Assembly (NCBI GenBank): GCA_964355425.1
Contig: CAYHDN010000001.1
Location: 1-33,672, forward strand
Length of the DNA stretch: 33,672 nt
Origin: an uncultured Candidatus Saccharibacteria bacterium
Lineage (GTDB): Bacteria; Patescibacteriota; UBA1384; XYA2-FULL-43-10; CAINNR01
Direction: 5' to 3'
Shown here: piece after piece, positions 1 through 8,405 of the stretch
Layout of the letters: each line of letters starts with the position of its first letter
Numbering within the stretch: the stretch's first letter is position 1
The notes under the pieces: generated by a model
What the model was told of the DNA's origin: nothing
What the model saw: the letters and a program-made list of their open reading frames with translations, nothing else
The model's database searches: none
Made by a program: the position numbers and the translations under genes

Positions 1-4
1 AATT

Positions 5-1978
5 GTGGCGAATAAAAAAACTAAAGCCGTGCCTGCCGGTGGGCAGGATGTACCTGCTCTGGAGCAGGAAGAGAAATCTAAGGTTGTAATTAGCAAGCGC
101 GAAAAAGCCAAACAACTGCTTGCCAAATTGAAGCTTTGGAAACGAATTAAATGGCCGGTAATCGTAATCGGTGGTTTTTTGGTTCTGTTTTTGATTGGCT
201 TGGGCATTTATTCAGTCAGTTATGCCAAAAAATCTTATCGGAATATTTATATTGGTGATGTTAATTTTGGCGGCAAAAGCAAAAGTGACATACCCGGCAT
301 ATTAAAACCGAAAACGGAGGAATTTTTAAATGCCGATATTTTGCTCAAATATAAATCCGCCTTGGCGGACGAGGAAAAAGAGTATAAACTGAAAAACGCA
401 GACATCGGTCTGGTTTATGATATCGAAAAAACGACCGACCAAGTCTATGCCGTTGGCCGAAGCGGCAGTAGCGTCAGGAGTTTTTATCAACAACTAAAAA
501 CAATGCTTTTCACTTATCGGGTGGATGCGCATTATGTTGTCAATGAAGACGCACTAAACAAGAAAATTGCCGAAATTGCTTTGGAAGTTGACCAACCAGA
601 AAAGGATTATTCATTAAAATATCTTGGCAATGGTCAATTTGAGCTCACTACCGAGAAGCAGGAAGGGAAGAGAATCGATCAGGATCAAATAATCTTAAAA
701 CTAAAATCTAATATCTCAAATCTTAAAATCACACCTATTTCATTTAAGTCGGAGATTTTCAAGCCGCAAATTACCGAGGAGAATGCAAAAAAAACTCTGG
801 CCGATGCTAATAAAATTTTGATTGCCGGAGAGTTAAATCTGATATTCGCCGAAAAAAATTTTACTCTTGACGCCGATACTATTGCTGGATTAATCGGTTC
901 GCGACCGAAGAAGAAGGAGCTGGAAATTTTTATCGTTGCTGATCGAACAGCTAAACAAGTTGATGGCATTGCACAGGACATTGATCGGCCGGCCGGGGAC
1001 GCAATTTTGGCAGTTTCTGATGGCCGAGTCATTGTCTCCTCCGAGTCTCAAGACGGAAGGCATCTAGACAAAGATCAGACAAAAATTGATATTGAAAATG
1101 CAATACTTTCAAGGATCAATCCAGAGTCAACGAAAGTCAATCCATTATTAGTCGCCCTTGAAGTAACATTGATTAAACCGGAGATCGATTCAAAAAAACT
1201 GCAGGTATATGGTTTGAGGGAACTAGTGGCGACTGGAACTACAAATTTTGTTAAATCGCCGCAAAATCGGATACACAACATCAACGTTGGCGCTAAAGCG
1301 ATAAGTGGCGCGTTGATAAAGCCAGGCGATGAGTTTTCAACTCTTGGAAGGCTGGGGAAAATCAATGCATCAACCGGATATTTACCGGAGCTGGTGATCA
1401 AGAACAACAAAACCGTACCGGATTATGGCGGCGGTCTCTGCCAGGTTTCAACGACGCTTTTTCGGACAGCACTAGCAGCCGGGATGAAAATTACCGCCCG
1501 CCAAAATCATTCATACCGTGTTTCCTATTACGAGCCGCCGATTGGCATGGATGCGACGATTTTTGATCCGGCACCGGATTTCAAATTTGTTAACAATTAT
1601 CAGAATTATATTTTCGTTCAATATAGAATTGCTGGGACAAAACTGACATTTGAATTTTACGGCACCAAGGATTCACGAAAAATTGAGATCGGAGAAGCGA
1701 CTGGTTATGACTATGTTGAGCCGCCAGCCCCGATTGAAACTCCGGACGATTCTTTGCCGGCCGGTGAGCGAAAGCAGATGCAAAAGGCTCACCAGGGGGC
1801 ATCAGCTAAGTTTCATTATAAAGTCGCTCGTGACGGAGCGGTCTTGCAGGAAACAGATTTCTTATCAAAATATATTGCATTGCCAGAGATCTGGCTGGTC
1901 GGACCAGTAGCGCCGATAGATCCGAATGCGGTTCCGGCTCCGACTGATCCGGCCGCCACGCCGGCACCGACTGGATAA
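5..1978 (+). CDS. VanW family protein, N-terminally membrane-anchored
   Basis: 657-aa ORF with one TM helix (IKWPVIVIGGFLVLFLIGLGIYSV), then a VanW-type core PDYGGGLCQVSTTLFRTALAAGMKITARQNHSYRVSYYEPPIGMDATIF and a Pro/Ala/Thr-rich C-terminal tail. The GTG start is 4 nt from the window edge, so the true 5' end may lie outside the window. Confidence 0.8.
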   Translation: MANKKTKAVPAGGQDVPALEQEEKSKVVISKREKAKQLLAKLKLWKRIKWPVIVIGGFLVLFLIGLGIYSVSYAKKSYRNIYIGDVNFGGKSKSDIPGILKPKTEEFLNADILLKYKSALADEEKEYKLKNADIGLVYDIEKTTDQVYAVGRSGSSVRSFYQQLKTMLFTYRVDAHYVVNEDALNKKIAEIALEVDQPEKDYSLKYLGNGQFELTTEKQEGKRIDQDQIILKLKSNISNLKITPISFKSEIFKPQITEENAKKTLADANKILIAGELNLIFAEKNFTLDADTIAGLIGSRPKKKELEIFIVADRTAKQVDGIAQDIDRPAGDAILAVSDGRVIVSSESQDGRHLDKDQTKIDIENAILSRINPESTKVNPLLVALEVTLIKPEIDSKKLQVYGLRELVATGTTNFVKSPQNRIHNINVGAKAISGALIKPGDEFSTLGRLGKINASTGYLPELVIKNNKTVPDYGGGLCQVSTTLFRTALAAGMKITARQNHSYRVSYYEPPIGMDATIFDPAPDFKFVNNYQNYIFVQYRIAGTKLTFEFYGTKDSRKIEIGEATGYDYVEPPAPIETPDDSLPAGERKQMQKAHQGASAKFHYKVARDGAVLQETDFLSKYIALPEIWLVGPVAPIDPNAVPAPTDPAATPAPTG

Positions 1979-1991
1979 ATTTTGTTCTATT

Positions 1992-2024
1992 AAAAAAGAA
2001 AGTCCCGACTCAAGGCGAGTTGGG
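1992..2024 (-). terminator. intrinsic terminator of the candidate sRNA (its hairpin may also stop VanW readthrough)
   Basis: CCCGACTC(2004-2011)/GAGTTGGG(2017-2024) stem, followed on the minus strand by ACTTTCTTTTTT. Confidence 0.5.
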
Positions 2025-2139
2025 CGTGCAGACAACTTTGGTTGTGGGGATTCTCCCCGCTACTGACCGCTCCCTGTCATGAGCGTCATTGGTGTCTGAT
2101 GTCGGCTCAGTAGGCCGCAAAGACGCTCATTTGTCACGT
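1995..2139 (-). ncRNA. candidate structured small RNA (about 145 nt), family unknown
   Basis: Minus-strand promoter TTGACA(2173-2168)-16 nt-TATATA(2151-2146) with no SD-preceded ORF downstream. Four hairpins follow, including a perfect 9-bp stem ATGAGCGTC(2079-2087)/GACGCTCAT(2122-2130), GGGGA/TCCCC (2046-2058) and ACAAC/GTTGT (2032-2045), then terminator hairpin 2004-2024 plus a T-tract. I recognise no tRNA, SRP or tmRNA signature. Confidence 0.3.
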
Positions 2140-2145
2140 GATTAA

Positions 2146-2173
2146 TATATATAAACTGTTTTTTTCTTGTCAA
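2146..2173 (-). promoter_or_regulatory. sigma70-like promoter of the candidate sRNA
   Basis: TTGACA-16 nt-TATATA read on the minus strand. Confidence 0.5.
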
Positions 2174-2180
2174 GTTTTCT

Positions 2181-2210
2181 AAAAAAAGGCGGGTGCTAAT
2201 TGTACCCGCC
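2181..2210 (-). terminator. intrinsic terminator after the two micropeptide ORFs
   Basis: GGCGGGT(2188-2194)/ACCCGCC(2204-2210) stem, followed on the minus strand by T7 (2181-2187). Confidence 0.6.
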
Positions 2211-2219
2211 AGCGGATGA

Positions 2220-2357
2220 TTACAGCGATTTGTTGAGGCAGTAGGCCAGCACAAGCAGGCCAACGACCAGAACAAATCTGATGATATTGAACAACAGCCT
2301 TCGGCACTCTTTGCGGTAAGTTCTTTTCCGTCCGTCAACAACACAGAGGTTCAGCAT
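2220..2357 (-). CDS. hypothetical small membrane peptide (45 aa: basic N-terminus plus one TM)
   Basis: ATG at 2357 preceded by GGAG 6 nt upstream. Product is MLNLCVVDGRKRTYRKECRRLLFNIIRFVLVVGLLVLAYCLNKSL. It sits directly downstream of the 29-aa ORF and is followed by terminator 2181-2210. Confidence 0.35.
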   Translation of the reverse strand: MLNLCVVDGRKRTYRKECRRLLFNIIRFVLVVGLLVLAYCLNKSL

Positions 2358-2385
2358 GGCCGTCTCCAGTCGGCTGCCGGAAATG

Positions 2386-2475
2386 TTATTGATGGTAGTA
2401 GATTGTGATGGCAATCACAGCGGCAATAATGATCAGAACAACAATGGCTAAGGCTTTGATCAATGGAATGCGCAT
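2386..2475 (-). CDS. hypothetical hydrophobic micropeptide (29 aa)
   Basis: Translated by hand: ATG at 2475 preceded by AGGTGA 6 nt upstream, product MRIPLIKALAIVVLIIIAAVIAITIYYHQ, TAA at 2386-2388. A promoter-like TTGACT-17-TATTTT lies upstream. The ORF is too short for the supplied ORF track. Confidence 0.35.
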   Translation of the reverse strand: MRIPLIKALAIVVLIIIAAVIAITIYYHQ

Positions 2476-2513
2476 TTGTCATCACCTGATATTTGGAATG
2501 TTCGCGTAGATAA

Positions 2514-2542
2514 AAAATAGCATAAGTTTGTAAAAAAGTCAA
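2514..2542 (-). promoter_or_regulatory. sigma70-like promoter of the micropeptide pair
   Basis: TTGACT-17 nt-TATTTT on the minus strand, about 32 nt upstream of ATG 2475. Confidence 0.45.
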
Positions 2543-2564
2543 TTCTGTGCTAGGCTTTTCGCAA

Positions 2565-3218
2565 ATGAAATTTTTTTTTCGCCGCATAAATAATCTAAAA
2601 ATCCTCGGCTGTCTGCTTCAGATGGCGCCGTTTGTTCGGGCAGTGATTTTGACCGGTTCAATGACGACCGGATCGGCGAAAAAATCATCGGACATCGATT
2701 TATTGATAATCTCTCAATCCGGCCGGCTCTACATTGCGCGATTGTTTGCCACATTTCTGGCCTCGCTAACCGACATACGCCGCAAACCGAATGATAAAGT
2801 CGCCGCCGGCAAATTCTGCTTAAATTTCTATCTGTCGGCCAACAATCTAGACATATTACCGCACACCGCTCGTTGTGCTAACTTCCATCGCTATGCTGTC
2901 AATATCTGGGACTCCGGTGAAATTTACGAGAGGATGATGCGGCAAAACTTCTGGCTACGGCGGTTTCCGGTTGCGATCAAAAATCAAAATGCTGTCAGGC
3001 GGATAAAAGATAATTTTCCAATAATAAGATCACTGATTTTGACAGCAGTTCAAAAAATCGGGGAGCTGATTCTTGGCGGTCGGTTTGGAGATTTTGTTGA
3101 AAATAAACAATTTGCTTGGCAGAAAAAGCTGATTGAGGGTCGTAAAATGTTCAAAATGGATAAATATCGCTTTGTTATTGCCAAAAATGAACTACGTTTG
3201 CACCCTCGTAAAAGTTAG
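2565..3218 (+). CDS. nucleotidyltransferase-domain protein (Pol-beta/MNT-like fold)
   Basis: Motif ILTGSMTTGSAKKSSDIDLLIIS matches the G-S...D-x-D nucleotidyltransferase signature. Composition is backbone-like and Lys-rich. ATG 2565 is preferred over the in-frame GTG 2547 listed in the ORF track. Confidence 0.6.
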   Translation: MKFFFRRINNLKILGCLLQMAPFVRAVILTGSMTTGSAKKSSDIDLLIISQSGRLYIARLFATFLASLTDIRRKPNDKVAAGKFCLNFYLSANNLDILPHTARCANFHRYAVNIWDSGEIYERMMRQNFWLRRFPVAIKNQNAVRRIKDNFPIIRSLILTAVQKIGELILGGRFGDFVENKQFAWQKKLIEGRKMFKMDKYRFVIAKNELRLHPRKS

Positions 3219-3269
3219 TGGGTAAAAGGTCAAGAAGCTGGTTAGGGCAAAGAAGTAAGAAGTCTGAAA

Positions 3270-3297
3270 AAGAAAAACCCGACTTTGTGGGTCGGGG
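3270..3297 (-). terminator. intrinsic terminator of the H-X9-DG pseudopilin gene
   Basis: CCCGAC(3278-3283)/GTCGGG(3291-3296) stem, followed on the minus strand by TTTTTCT. Confidence 0.6.
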
Positions 3298-3312
3298 GGA
3301 GTCGTTGTATTG

Positions 3313-4041
3313 CTAGCGGGGCGGGAGGCTGAAGACCTCTTTGGTCTCGGGGTCAATGTAGGTGCCATCCGGTTGGGGGATCAACTTGCGAACGGTCGGC
3401 TTTTCCACTGGTTGCCCGGAAAGCGAAATGTGGTAGTCGCCCTCTTTCAGCTCGGTAACGAAAGTTGCTCCGATACGCCACTTGACGTGGCCATCAAGGA
3501 AGAGGATGTTCAACCCGTCGTTGTGGCGGTCAGCCATGTTGACATAGATACCCTGGTTCTTGATGTCGATCGTTGCCACCAACCAGATGCCGTCATTACC
3601 GGAATACTCGATAACCGCGGGGAAGTTGCCGTTACCGCTTTGTAGGAGTAACTGACCGAATGCTTCGTCCCGGATAGCATAGGAAGTTGCTTTGGCTGTG
3701 TTCGGACCGACGCAACCCTGTTTCGAATTCCATCTTCGGTCGCTGGGGCAGGCAAACGAGATCGAGTTGGGAACATCGCCTCGCTCGCAGAGCATTGTCC
3801 AGACAGCCGGTGTCCGAGTACCCTCTTGTCCTGGGGTGACAATTGGCAGTAGTGGCATCGCACCGTCGAAGTCGGCGGCGTAACTGGCCAGCCCACGCCC
3901 GATTAGGTTGAGATTCGAGTGGCACTGGGATTGCCTCGCCTTCTCGCGCGCCTTGGCGAAAACCGGGAAGAGAATTGCTGCCAGGATGGCGATAATCGCT
4001 ACCACCACCAGCAGCTCTATAAGCGTAAAACCACGTCTCAT
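3313..4041 (-). CDS. prepilin-type N-terminal cleavage/methylation domain protein with C-terminal H-X9-DG motif (DUF1559-like pseudopilin)
   Basis: The N-terminus [37 protein letters not shown] is a classic type IV prepilin leader plus hydrophobic helix. The C-terminal [13 protein letters not shown] fits H-X9-DG exactly. ATG 4041 has GAGGAGG 8 nt upstream; the longer ORF-track start at 4089 lacks an SD. The gene is GC-rich. Confidence 0.85.
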   Translation of the reverse strand: MRRGFTLIELLVVVAIIAILAAILFPVFAKAREKARQSQCHSNLNLIGRGLASYAADFDGAMPLLPIVTPGQEGTRTPAVWTMLCERGDVPNSISFACPSDRRWNSKQGCVGPNTAKATSYAIRDEAFGQLLLQSGNGNFPAVIEYSGNDGIWLVATIDIKNQGIYVNMADRHNDGLNILFLDGHVKWRIGATFVTELKEGDYHISLSGQPVEKPTVRKLIPQPDGTYIDPETKEVFSLPPR

Positions 4042-4087
4042 GGTAGACGCCTCCTCGGGGATTGCAGAAGTTGTTTTGCTCGATCTC

Positions 4088-4115
4088 AATATAGCAGTGT
4101 TTTGGGAAAAGTCAA
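4088..4115 (-). promoter_or_regulatory. sigma70-like promoter of the pseudopilin gene
   Basis: TTGACT(4115-4110)-16 nt-TATATT(4093-4088). Confidence 0.5.
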
Positions 4116-4330
4116 TACCTGTTTGGAAATTTTTGCTCTTGACCCGCGCACCAGTCCACCAAGGCGTACGGTGCGGGGTTGACTTTTTTTGGCGATTTTA
4201 ATAAGATGAAGATGGCAGCACGGTTCCCCCTTCCGGGCTGCCACTTGTTTACAAATTTGGGGACGGAGGGCGAGAGCCCTTTTTGTGTTTAGGAATGGAT
4301 GACCTGCCTGCCGGCAGGCAGGCGAATTCT

Positions 4331-4433
4331 GTAGACCAGACTTTAGTCTGAAATTCCCACACTAAAGTGTGGACTACTGTTGAGTTAATGTAGACCACGA
4401 TTCATCGTGCTAACAAGCTAAAGCTTGAACTAC
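4331..4433 (+). repeat. multi-hairpin interspersed repeat R1, copy A (about 103 bp)
   Basis: Four short hairpins: CAGACTTTAGTCTG, CCACACTAAAGTGTGG, CACGATTCATCGTG, AAGCTAAAGCTT. About 85% identical by eye to 13311-13412, in the same orientation. Confidence 0.8.
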
Positions 4434-4453
4434 AAAATCTGATAAAGCTGAGC

Positions 4454-4482
4454 TTGACATTGTGTAAAGTTTCCTTTACAAT
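4454..4482 (+). promoter_or_regulatory. near-consensus sigma70 promoter of the Cys-rich ORF
   Basis: TTGACA(4454-4459)-17 nt-TACAAT(4477-4482). Confidence 0.6.
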
Positions 4483-4546
4483 GATTTTGCTCTTTAATAA
4501 ATGAATATTTGTAAAAATCTCGAAACGTTTCTCAAAGGAGACTGTC

Positions 4547-4804
4547 ATGGCGACGAAGCCCAAGATGGTAAGAGTAGAGATTGACCTGCCTGGACAAGGA
4601 GAGGAGGCTCATGAATTCGGCTACTGCCCGATGTCGCATCATGGCACGCATCTTCCAGACGGCGGCGGATGGTCCTGTCCGATCAGGGGCGGGGCGTGCC
4701 GATTCGGGCTCACGGAGACCGAGCCGCCTCAGGCTTGTCCGATGAGATCGGGATCGGGCACAATGGTGGTCACGATGAAGTTCAGCCTTGTGCCCAAAAA
4801 GTAA
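4547..4804 (+). CDS. hypothetical Cys-rich small protein (85 aa)
   Basis: It has its own TTGACA-17-TACAAT promoter, AAGGAG 6 nt before the ATG, and terminator 4813-4842. Four Cys residues, three in CP dipeptides (YCPM, SCPI, ACPM). GC-rich; no family recognised. Confidence 0.5.
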   Translation: MATKPKMVRVEIDLPGQGEEAHEFGYCPMSHHGTHLPDGGGWSCPIRGGACRFGLTETEPPQACPMRSGSGTMVVTMKFSLVPKK

Positions 4805-4812
4805 AGGCTATC

Positions 4813-4842
4813 CGGGGGAGGAAATCCACCTCCCCGATTTTT
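4813..4842 (+). terminator. intrinsic terminator of the Cys-rich ORF
   Basis: CGGGGGAGG/CCTCCCCG hairpin followed by ATTTTT. Confidence 0.65.
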
Positions 4843-4894
4843 ACAAGTATTTATTGATATGAATGTTATCAGTTATAATTTTTTGGAGGTAAAA

Positions 4895-5170
4895 ATGTTT
4901 AAACCACTGGGAGATAGAGTCCTGATCAAGCCGCTGGAGGCACAGGAAGTGACAAAATCGGGAATTATTATTCCTGACAGCGCCAAAGAAGAGAGAAGCG
5001 AAGGCAAAGTTATTGCTACAGGTTCCGGCATTGTCAAAGGCAAGAAGTACGAATTTTCAGTCAAAGTCGGGGACAAAGTTTTGTATGGGAAATACTCCGG
5101 CGAAGAAGTTAAAATTGATGGCAAGGAATTTAAAATCGTTAAAGAGGAAGATATTTTGGGGGTGTTATAA
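4895..5170 (+). CDS. groS: co-chaperonin GroES
   Basis: MFKPLGDRVLIKPLEAQEVTKSGIIIPDSAKE... is canonical Cpn10. GGAGG lies 5 nt upstream of ATG 4895; the ORF-track start at 4859 is an upstream extension. The gene is immediately upstream of groEL. Confidence 0.95.
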   Translation: MFKPLGDRVLIKPLEAQEVTKSGIIIPDSAKEERSEGKVIATGSGIVKGKKYEFSVKVGDKVLYGKYSGEEVKIDGKEFKIVKEEDILGVL

Positions 5171-5272
5171 GGAAGTAAAAACTTCCACAGATATATCATC
5201 ACAGATTTACACAGATTCGATTTATTAGTGCTTATCAGTGAAATATTATCCGTGAGAGTCTATGTTCATTAA

Positions 5273-6907
<1,635 letters not shown>

Positions 6908-6975
6908 TTTGCGAAGCAAATTACTAGTTTGTAAAGTACAAAGTTCATCAAGTTCATCAAGTGTATCGAATCAAA

Positions 6976-7011
6976 AAATCCCCAAAGAAGAAATTCAGAG
7001 GGGATTTTTTT
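6976..7011 (+). terminator. intrinsic terminator of groES-groEL
   Basis: AAATCCCC...GGGGATTT hairpin followed by a T-run extending to 7011. Confidence 0.65.
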
Positions 7012-7014
7012 GAT

Positions 7015-7042
7015 AAAAAAGCCCGAAACGCTTGGTTTCGGG
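7015..7042 (-). terminator. intrinsic terminator of the 266-aa zinc-ribbon ORF
   Basis: CCCGAAAC(7022-7029)/GTTTCGGG(7035-7042) stem, followed on the minus strand by T6. Confidence 0.65.
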
Positions 7043-7056
7043 TAAGTTCTCGAGCG

Positions 7057-7857
7057 TTAACCGCCGCAATACGGGCAGTTCTCCTCGTCGTAAATTCTGG
7101 CACAACGATCACAGAGCTTCTCGCCTGGCTTTATCCATGCCAGAACATGAAGGCCTTCGCTGCTTCGTCGGATTGTACCGACTCGGCGGTCAGGAGCGAA
7201 CTGGTCGGCAACGATGCAGTGCTGTGATTCGACACCCTCGACACCATCCATCCGCCGATAGAGGATTTCGGTATCATGGATCAGATCCCAGCGAACTTTC
7301 TCCAGCTCGATTAGATACTGCTGGCGCTCATTGATCAGATTTCCCAGACGAGCGATGAAGTCGTGCGCCAGCGCCATGCTGTCGAGATAGTCTTGGACAA
7401 AATCCTCGACCCTTACGTCGTCGATCCGGATTTCAGTTGGCAGCTGGATGCCGGCACAGTCTATACTCTTTGCGGTGACGACGACCCAGCGCTTTTTCGC
7501 TGTTAGCCCGACCATCTGATAACTGGTCGGTGGCGCTGATTCCTGATTCCAGCCAAACTCCGGCTGGAAGATGCCGAAGAGTTGAAGCGCCCGCGGGTCG
7601 AGTCCCTGTTCGCCATTCACAGTCACTGTGAACTCCCACAGCGGGTCAGATTCCATCGCCTCTTTAATCGTCATCCCAGCCCACTTTCCTTGATTTTCAC
7701 GGAAGACCCGTTGGCCGAGGCACTTGACGTCATGAATCAGATTGTCGAGTTTCACTCTCTCAAACAGGTGTCCGATCCGTTGTGGCCACTCGTTGAACCA
7801 GCCGATCATTTCTCCGCGCGACACCGGCTGATACGTCGTTGCATTTGGCGAGGGCAT
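7057..7857 (-). CDS. hypothetical protein with C-terminal zinc-ribbon-like CxxC...CxxC (266 aa)
   Basis: ATG 7857 is preceded by AGGAGGTGGAGGGA. The C-terminus is KLCDRCARIYDEENCPYCGG. GC-rich and Arg-rich, flanked by terminator 7015-7042. No family recognised. Confidence 0.55.
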   Translation of the reverse strand: MPSPNATTYQPVSRGEMIGWFNEWPQRIGHLFERVKLDNLIHDVKCLGQRVFRENQGKWAGMTIKEAMESDPLWEFTVTVNGEQGLDPRALQLFGIFQPEFGWNQESAPPTSYQMVGLTAKKRWVVVTAKSIDCAGIQLPTEIRIDDVRVEDFVQDYLDSMALAHDFIARLGNLINERQQYLIELEKVRWDLIHDTEILYRRMDGVEGVESQHCIVADQFAPDRRVGTIRRSSEGLHVLAWIKPGEKLCDRCARIYDEENCPYCGG

Positions 7858-7944
7858 TCCCTCCACCTCCTAAAGGTTTCTTTAGGGCATTCCCCTTGGT
7901 GGCAAAACAATAGCAAAAATCCCCAAATAGTTCAAGGGATTTTT

Positions 7945-7973
7945 TTGCTGATTTTATTTTTTTGTGCTATATA
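7945..7973 (+). promoter_or_regulatory. sigma70-like promoter (extended -10) of the 93-aa ORF
   Basis: TTGCTG-17 nt-TATATA preceded by TGc. Confidence 0.45.
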
Positions 7974-8004
7974 TTATTTAGCACTGTATCCAGGGAGGCA
8001 GAGC

Positions 8005-8286
8005 ATGCCCAGGAAAAGGGAATACGAGTTGTATCACCATGGGGGCTACAAGATCAGGCTGGTGGCCGGGTCTGATGTGAGGGTGAGCGTCGTCGAGGTC
8101 AAGAAGGGCGTTATCGAGGTCGCACAGGGTCGGGCTTTCATTCAGAAGGGCGACCCGCCGAGGGGGCTGACCGGATATGTCAGCATCCCAGGCCAACCGG
8201 AGCAATCATTTGGTCTGCTACGCGGGCAGTTCGAGTCGGTCTCCGACCTCGGTGGCAACATTCTCTGGCCGAAGCCAGAGCAGTAG
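8005..8286 (+). CDS. hypothetical protein (93 aa)
   Basis: ATG 8005 has GGGAGG 6 nt upstream, a TTGCTG-17-TATATA promoter (TGc extended -10) and terminator 8312-8347. The longer ORF-track version (from 7582) runs antisense through the neighbouring gene and is rejected. Confidence 0.45.
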   Translation: MPRKREYELYHHGGYKIRLVAGSDVRVSVVEVKKGVIEVAQGRAFIQKGDPPRGLTGYVSIPGQPEQSFGLLRGQFESVSDLGGNILWPKPEQ

Positions 8287-8311
8287 GGAACAAAATGAGG
8301 AGGGGCGAGTA

Positions 8312-8347
8312 CGGCGGAAGTCCAGAGGATTTCCGCCGCTTTTATTT
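8312..8347 (+). terminator. intrinsic terminator of the 93-aa ORF
   Basis: CGGCGGAA/TTCCGCCG 8-bp stem followed by CTTTTATTT. Confidence 0.7.
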
Positions 8348-8405
8348 AAAAAATTCATAGTACTTTATGAACTTTAAAAACTTTATAGACTTTAAGAACT
8401 ATTTT

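Noticed and set aside
1995-2139. The structured region might be a tRNA, tmRNA, SRP RNA or riboswitch.
   Set aside because: I could identify no cloverleaf or T-loop GTTCGAATC-type box, no SRP GGAA/AGCA tetraloop-helix motif, and no downstream gene in the sense orientation that a riboswitch could control. It is kept only as an unclassified candidate sRNA.
3310-4201. Several overlapping ORFs on both strands (3310-3645+, 3510-3896-, 3632-3925-, 3692-3883+, 3908-4201+, 3919-4182+).
   Set aside because: They are shadow ORFs caused by low stop-codon frequency in the GC-rich pseudopilin gene. Only the 3313-4041 minus frame gives a recognisable protein with an SD.
7582-8286. A 234-aa plus-strand ORF spans the divergent region.
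   Set aside because: Its first ~140 codons are antisense to the 266-aa zinc-ribbon gene and cross that gene's promoter and a terminator-like hairpin. Only the last 93 codons (from ATG 8005, with GGGAGG SD and a promoter) look like a gene.
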